DNA of 64,000 nucleotides from an uncultured Pseudomonadota bacterium (GTDB lineage Bacteria; Pseudomonadota; Alphaproteobacteria; RF32; CAG-239): NCBI GenBank assembly GCA_902785935.1, contig CADAAN010000003.1, positions 33,035 to 97,034 of the forward strand, read 5' to 3'. Shown piece by piece: positions 60,232 to 64,000 of this stretch (position 1 is its first letter; each line of letters starts with the position of its first letter). The notes under the pieces were generated by a model. It saw only the letters and a program-made list of their open reading frames with translations, ran no database searches and was not told where the DNA came from. The position numbers and the translations under genes were made by a program.

Positions 60232-60605
60232 TTTTATTGGCCTTTTAAAATATGTTTTAATTTACAAGACATCCTTCAAAGACGCAAGCATTTTATCCCT
60301 GTTCATCACAGCTTAAATCACACCCGTTTTTTAATTTCTTCCACAGGTAACCGATCGGCAAAGCCAAAATTTTTTTCAGATAACGGCAAAATCTCGCTTT
60401 CCATATATAACAATGCCGTTTCTAAATTTCTTTTGACGTATTTCATCTTAAAAATCCATAAAATTATGATATGTAATCCAATATTTTATCGCATTACATA
60501 ACAATAATTTCAAAAAATCAAAAAAATCCTCATTTTTTTTGAAAAAAAGACTTGACAAAAATCCGGGGGGGGTAAACTGGAAGTAATAAAGTTCAAACCT
60601 TTATT

Positions 60606-61196
60606 TTGGCAAATTTTTTTAGAAAGGGTAAGACAATGAATGAAAAAACGAAAAACGCTCTAAATGATGTTTTAGAGTATGTCAAGAAATACAAGGCAAA
60701 GAAGTTGGCTTTCGCATTTGCACTCATGGGTGGCGCTGTGGCTTTTCCTCCTACCATTCCTTTTATTGTGGCCGCAGGTGCTGCAATAGCATATGTGGAT
60801 TATAAAAAGAAAAATCCGAAAGCAACAGCAAAGCATTTTGCTGAAAATGCTATTAAAAGCCAAAGGAATCAGGATAAACTTTGGTTGCAAGCAACAAATA
60901 TTGGACAAGCTTTTATGTACGTGAGAAAACGTATCCAAGAACGCAAAGACAATTCGTCAGAAGGTAAGGTCCTGCACGAGCATAAAAGAAGCCGGAATAT
61001 AGAGGAAAAAAGTTTAAATATTCAATCAACACCAGTCTTATCTGATGATGCCGAAAAAGCTCGACGTTTAAACCATATAAGAATGGTCAATATCAGAAAA
61101 GAAAGAGAGAAAGGGCAAAAGATACATACTGTATCAGAGTACAAAACAAATATTTCTCAAAAAATTATTGATGCAGCAAGAGAAAATAGTAAATAA
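60606..61196 (+). CDS. Hypothetical membrane-associated protein
   Basis: One or two TM segments. A TTGACA-17-TAAACT promoter lies upstream. The start is possibly at MNEK. Confidence 0.4.
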   Translation: MANFFRKGKTMNEKTKNALNDVLEYVKKYKAKKLAFAFALMGGAVAFPPTIPFIVAAGAAIAYVDYKKKNPKATAKHFAENAIKSQRNQDKLWLQATNIGQAFMYVRKRIQERKDNSSEGKVLHEHKRSRNIEEKSLNIQSTPVLSDDAEKARRLNHIRMVNIRKEREKGQKIHTVSEYKTNISQKIIDAARENSK

Positions 61197-61486
61197 AAAT
61201 CAATTTTTGATAAAACCTGCACTAATACTGCAGGTTCTTTTCTATTTCAAAATCCCTCTTTATTTTTATTGAAAAATGGATCATATTTGAAAAATCTGAT
61301 AAATAAATAAAAAATCCGCCCCGATTTTTGAGATGGGGCGGTAAAAGTTTTTATAGCTTAAAATTTTTTAATATTTTTTAAAATGCCGGTGAAATTAAAC
61401 GGTGGTTTAAATTGACCAGCCATGGCGCTAAAAAATATCGCTGTTTCAAATGGTTGCCACAAATAAAAACTATAATTTCGGTTATA

Positions 61487-62152
61487 TTAATTGAGGTTCT
61501 TTAACGCTTCGTTTTTGATTTCTTCCACGCGGGCGGCGGCTGTTTTGTCGTTTAAGCGTTCATAAATACCGAGCAATTTGTCGCAAATTTGAAGTGTACC
61601 GCGGCATTTTTTCAAAAATTCGATATTTTCCTGCCCGATTAAGCGTAAAGCCTGCTCTAAATAAAGCGCCTCCTGATGCACGTTGGAACTTGTCGCGGCC
61701 ATATCAAGCACAGCCTCTTTTTCAAGTGCATCATCAAAAAGCAAAATGATTTTTTCAAGCGTTTTTTGATATGCGTCTTCATCTTCAAGATCTCTGTACA
61801 CATGCGCAAGCTTTTGCAAAGTCTGCCTTTGTTCTTCATCAGAATTGGCAAACTCAAGCGCATGCTGAAAATATTGTACGGCAAGCAGATAATTGTCGGG
61901 TTTCAACTCTGTACCGCTCTTTTCTAAAAACAAATCACCGATTTGATTATATGTCCAAAAAAGAACCTGATTGCGCGTTAAAGAATTTTGCGTACTGCAT
62001 TTTTTTGAATTGATGCAATAGTTCAAAACTTCTTGATAGCCGAGCATTTTGTCTTCAATATCATAAAGATACTTTGCTCTTTCATAAGCCTGATGATATT
62101 TTTTTAATAAATCAGATTCTTTTTCGTACGCTTTTTGCCTTAAATACGGCAT
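61487..62152 (-). CDS. Hypothetical protein with TPR-like helical repeats
   Basis: ORF only; start chosen at MPYLRQ. Confidence 0.4.
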   Translation of the reverse strand: MPYLRQKAYEKESDLLKKYHQAYERAKYLYDIEDKMLGYQEVLNYCINSKKCSTQNSLTRNQVLFWTYNQIGDLFLEKSGTELKPDNYLLAVQYFQHALEFANSDEEQRQTLQKLAHVYRDLEDEDAYQKTLEKIILLFDDALEKEAVLDMAATSSNVHQEALYLEQALRLIGQENIEFLKKCRGTLQICDKLLGIYERLNDKTAAARVEEIKNEALKNLN

Positions 62153-62436
62153 TTTCGTCCCCCGCCCGTATGCAGGCAATAAGTGCAATTTTCAAGATTA
62201 TATTCTTTAAAATTCATACATTCATTGCACAAACAACCCCTGTCAAGATGGATGCAGTTGCTTTTTTCAAATGCACAAAACATCTTTTCGTAATGCGTGC
62301 GGTTTTTAAGATTTTGTGTCGCGCGCGATGCACTTTGCGTGGCGTTTTTTAATTTGCAGGTCGTTGAATACGACGGACAATTAAGACACAGACATCTTTT
62401 GATGTTATTTTCTGTTTTATCAACAAATACGGTCAT
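62140..62436 (-). CDS. Small cysteine-rich protein (14 Cys in 98 aa; CLCLNCPSY...CAFEKSNCIHLDRGCLCNEC...CTYC)
   Basis: The Cys spacing suggests a metal or Fe-S binding module. Confidence 0.45.
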   Translation of the reverse strand: MTVFVDKTENNIKRCLCLNCPSYSTTCKLKNATQSASRATQNLKNRTHYEKMFCAFEKSNCIHLDRGCLCNECMNFKEYNLENCTYCLHTGGGRKCRI

Positions 62437-62505
62437 CTTTTTCTCCTTTCACAGGCAAAAATATGCTTCTGAAAATAAAATACAACGCAAACTTTGGTTT
62501 ATTTT

Positions 62506-62853
62506 TTAATGGAGCAAATGCTCATCTTTTTTGATTTTATCGATGATATCCGAGGTTTTTGAAAAATCAAAATATTCAAAAAAAATCTCACCCTCATAAT
62601 CATTTGGCTTATTTAAATAAATTTTCGGGCAAACGTCTTTTTCACATAATGCATTTTTAAGTTCTTTCATCATGAGCGAATCGCTGTTAAAATCGTCGTC
62701 AAAGTGCATCATCACAACATCGGGACGTACCTCTTTAGCTATTTTTAAGAAGCGATAAATATTGTCCGAATGATAATAATCAAATCCGGCCATAATTGCC
62801 TCGTTTTTACGGCAGGCATCTTCTTTGTTTGAAAAATACATCATCAGCGGCAT
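62506..62853 (-). CDS. Hypothetical protein (115 aa), possibly a degenerate receiver-like fold
   Basis: ORF only. Confidence 0.35.
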   Translation of the reverse strand: MPLMMYFSNKEDACRKNEAIMAGFDYYHSDNIYRFLKIAKEVRPDVVMMHFDDDFNSDSLMMKELKNALCEKDVCPKIYLNKPNDYEGEIFFEYFDFSKTSDIIDKIKKDEHLLH

Positions 62854-62889
62854 ATTTTTTCTCCTTAAAATATGCCTATGATATAATAT

Positions 62890-63735
62890 TTACGCGTTTT
62901 GTTTTAAATAGGCCTCTAAGACATTTTCAAGCAACATGGCAATCGTCATCGGCCCGACGCCCCCCGGCACCGGCGTCATAAACGAGGCTTTATCCAAGCA
63001 TGCTTCAAAATCGATATCGCCGCAAAGTTTACCGTTTTCATCACGACAAATACCGACATCGATTAAAACAGCTCCGTCTTTGATAAAATCTTTTTGCACC
63101 AATTTTAAACAGCCCGTAGCAGAAACGATGATATCCGCATTTTGGCATAACGATTTCAAATCTTTGGTTTTTGAGTGTGCGACAGATACCGTGCAATCTT
63201 CATTGAGCAAAAGCATCGCCATTGGTTTGCCTACGATATTCGAACGCCCTATAACAAGGGCGTTTTTTCCGGCAAGTTCAATGCCCGCATGTTTTAACAG
63301 CCTTAAAATACCTTTCGGCGTCGCAGCAACTGTTCCGCCATTCATACCTGCCATCAAAAGCCCCATATTAAAGGGATGAAAGCCGTCAACATCTTTTTGA
63401 GGCGAAATACGATTCAAAATCTTTGACGAATCGATACCCTCAGGCAACGGCAACTGAAGCAATATGCCGTTAACCGAAAAATCTTTGTTGAGCGCATCAA
63501 TCAAATCTTCAAGTTCTTTGGGGTTGACATCATCTTCAAAACGATAAAGCACCGTTTCAATCCCGACTTCGGCCGCCGCTTTTTGTTTGTTTTTAACATA
63601 AATCTCGCTTGCCGGATCGTGACCCGCCAAAATCACGGCAAGTTTCGGGGTGATGGCGCGTGTTTGAATTTCGTTTTTCAATTTTTCTCTGATTTGAAAC
63701 GCGATTTCTTTGCCGTTAATGATTGTTGCACTCAT
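62890..63735 (-). CDS. folD: Bifunctional methylenetetrahydrofolate dehydrogenase/cyclohydrolase
   Basis: MSATIINGKEIA...VGRSNIVGKP. Confidence 0.9.
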   Translation of the reverse strand: MSATIINGKEIAFQIREKLKNEIQTRAITPKLAVILAGHDPASEIYVKNKQKAAAEVGIETVLYRFEDDVNPKELEDLIDALNKDFSVNGILLQLPLPEGIDSSKILNRISPQKDVDGFHPFNMGLLMAGMNGGTVAATPKGILRLLKHAGIELAGKNALVIGRSNIVGKPMAMLLLNEDCTVSVAHSKTKDLKSLCQNADIIVSATGCLKLVQKDFIKDGAVLIDVGICRDENGKLCGDIDFEACLDKASFMTPVPGGVGPMTIAMLLENVLEAYLKQNA

Positions 63736-64000
63736 TCAATTCTCCCAATTTTGTATCTAAATTTTGATTTGTTGACAGCGTTATTTTTTTATACCTGTCC
63801 GTCTGACCAAAAGTCACAACCAATGAAGATTTTGATATATCAAGTATTTTTGCTAAAAAGTCAAGCAATTCTTTGTTGGCTTTGCCTTTTTCAGGCACGG
63901 ATACGACGCATACTTTAAGATATTCATCACCTTTGGCGTCGTTTATTATTCCCGAAATCTTGCAACAAGAAGAGTTAGGCGTTAACCTAACTCTTAAAAG
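63716..64000 (-). CDS. DUF167 (YggU-like) protein; the 5' end lies beyond the window
   Basis: ...YLKVCVVSVPEKGKANKELLDFLAKILDISKSSLVV matches the DUF167 pattern. The upstream frame stays open to the window edge. Confidence 0.5.
   Translation of the reverse strand, partial: LLRVRLTPNSSCCKISGIINDAKGDEYLKVCVVSVPEKGKANKELLDFLAKILDISKSSLVVTFGQTDRYKKITLSTNQNLDTKLGELNECNNH

Overview
The window is a low-G+C chromosomal segment from a Gram-negative, probably host-associated and anaerobic bacterium. Local gene orders (miaB-phoH-ybeY-lnt, yfgM-bamB-der, ruvA-ruvB-ybgC, yidC-engB, fabD-fabG) are alphaproteobacteria-like, but that placement is by eye only. Housekeeping genes recognised from the translations are ftsK, dnaB, rpmB, yidC, engB, aspS, mscL, lnt, ybeY, phoH, miaB, der, bamB, trxB, rpsD, a class II fba, queA, lgt, ruvAB, ybgC and folD. 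There is a GT2 glycosyltransferase cluster, a trimeric HydABC-type [FeFe]-hydrogenase operon, and one tRNA-Arg(CCG). No rRNA, CRISPR array, transposase or integrase was seen. The accessory content is the interesting part. (1) Three tandem ~285-bp units lie upstream of a hypothetical gene; each unit has its own sigma70-like promoter, a stem-loop-rich ~190-nt transcript and an intrinsic terminator. This looks like a triplicated sRNA or riboswitch-like leader. (2) A paralogous family of secreted BspA-type leucine-rich-repeat proteins shares an unrecognised ~25-aa C-terminal motif (KRIYTIDEAN.VAG..N.F.I.YR) that also occurs as a stand-alone mini-ORF. The two full genes carry a conserved promoter plus ~190-nt 5' leader, and one copy is broken by a 43-bp tandem duplication. 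(3) A 3.45-kb lipoprotein gene is compositionally foreign (G+C-rich by eye). (4) A ~1000-aa protein has Inc- or translocator-like paired hydrophobic lobes. (5) A secreted HExxH protein. (6) aspS has a 3' frameshift. (7) A tRNA-Arg 3'-end plus terminator duplication looks like an integration footprint. All coordinates are hand-counted and may be off by a few bases.
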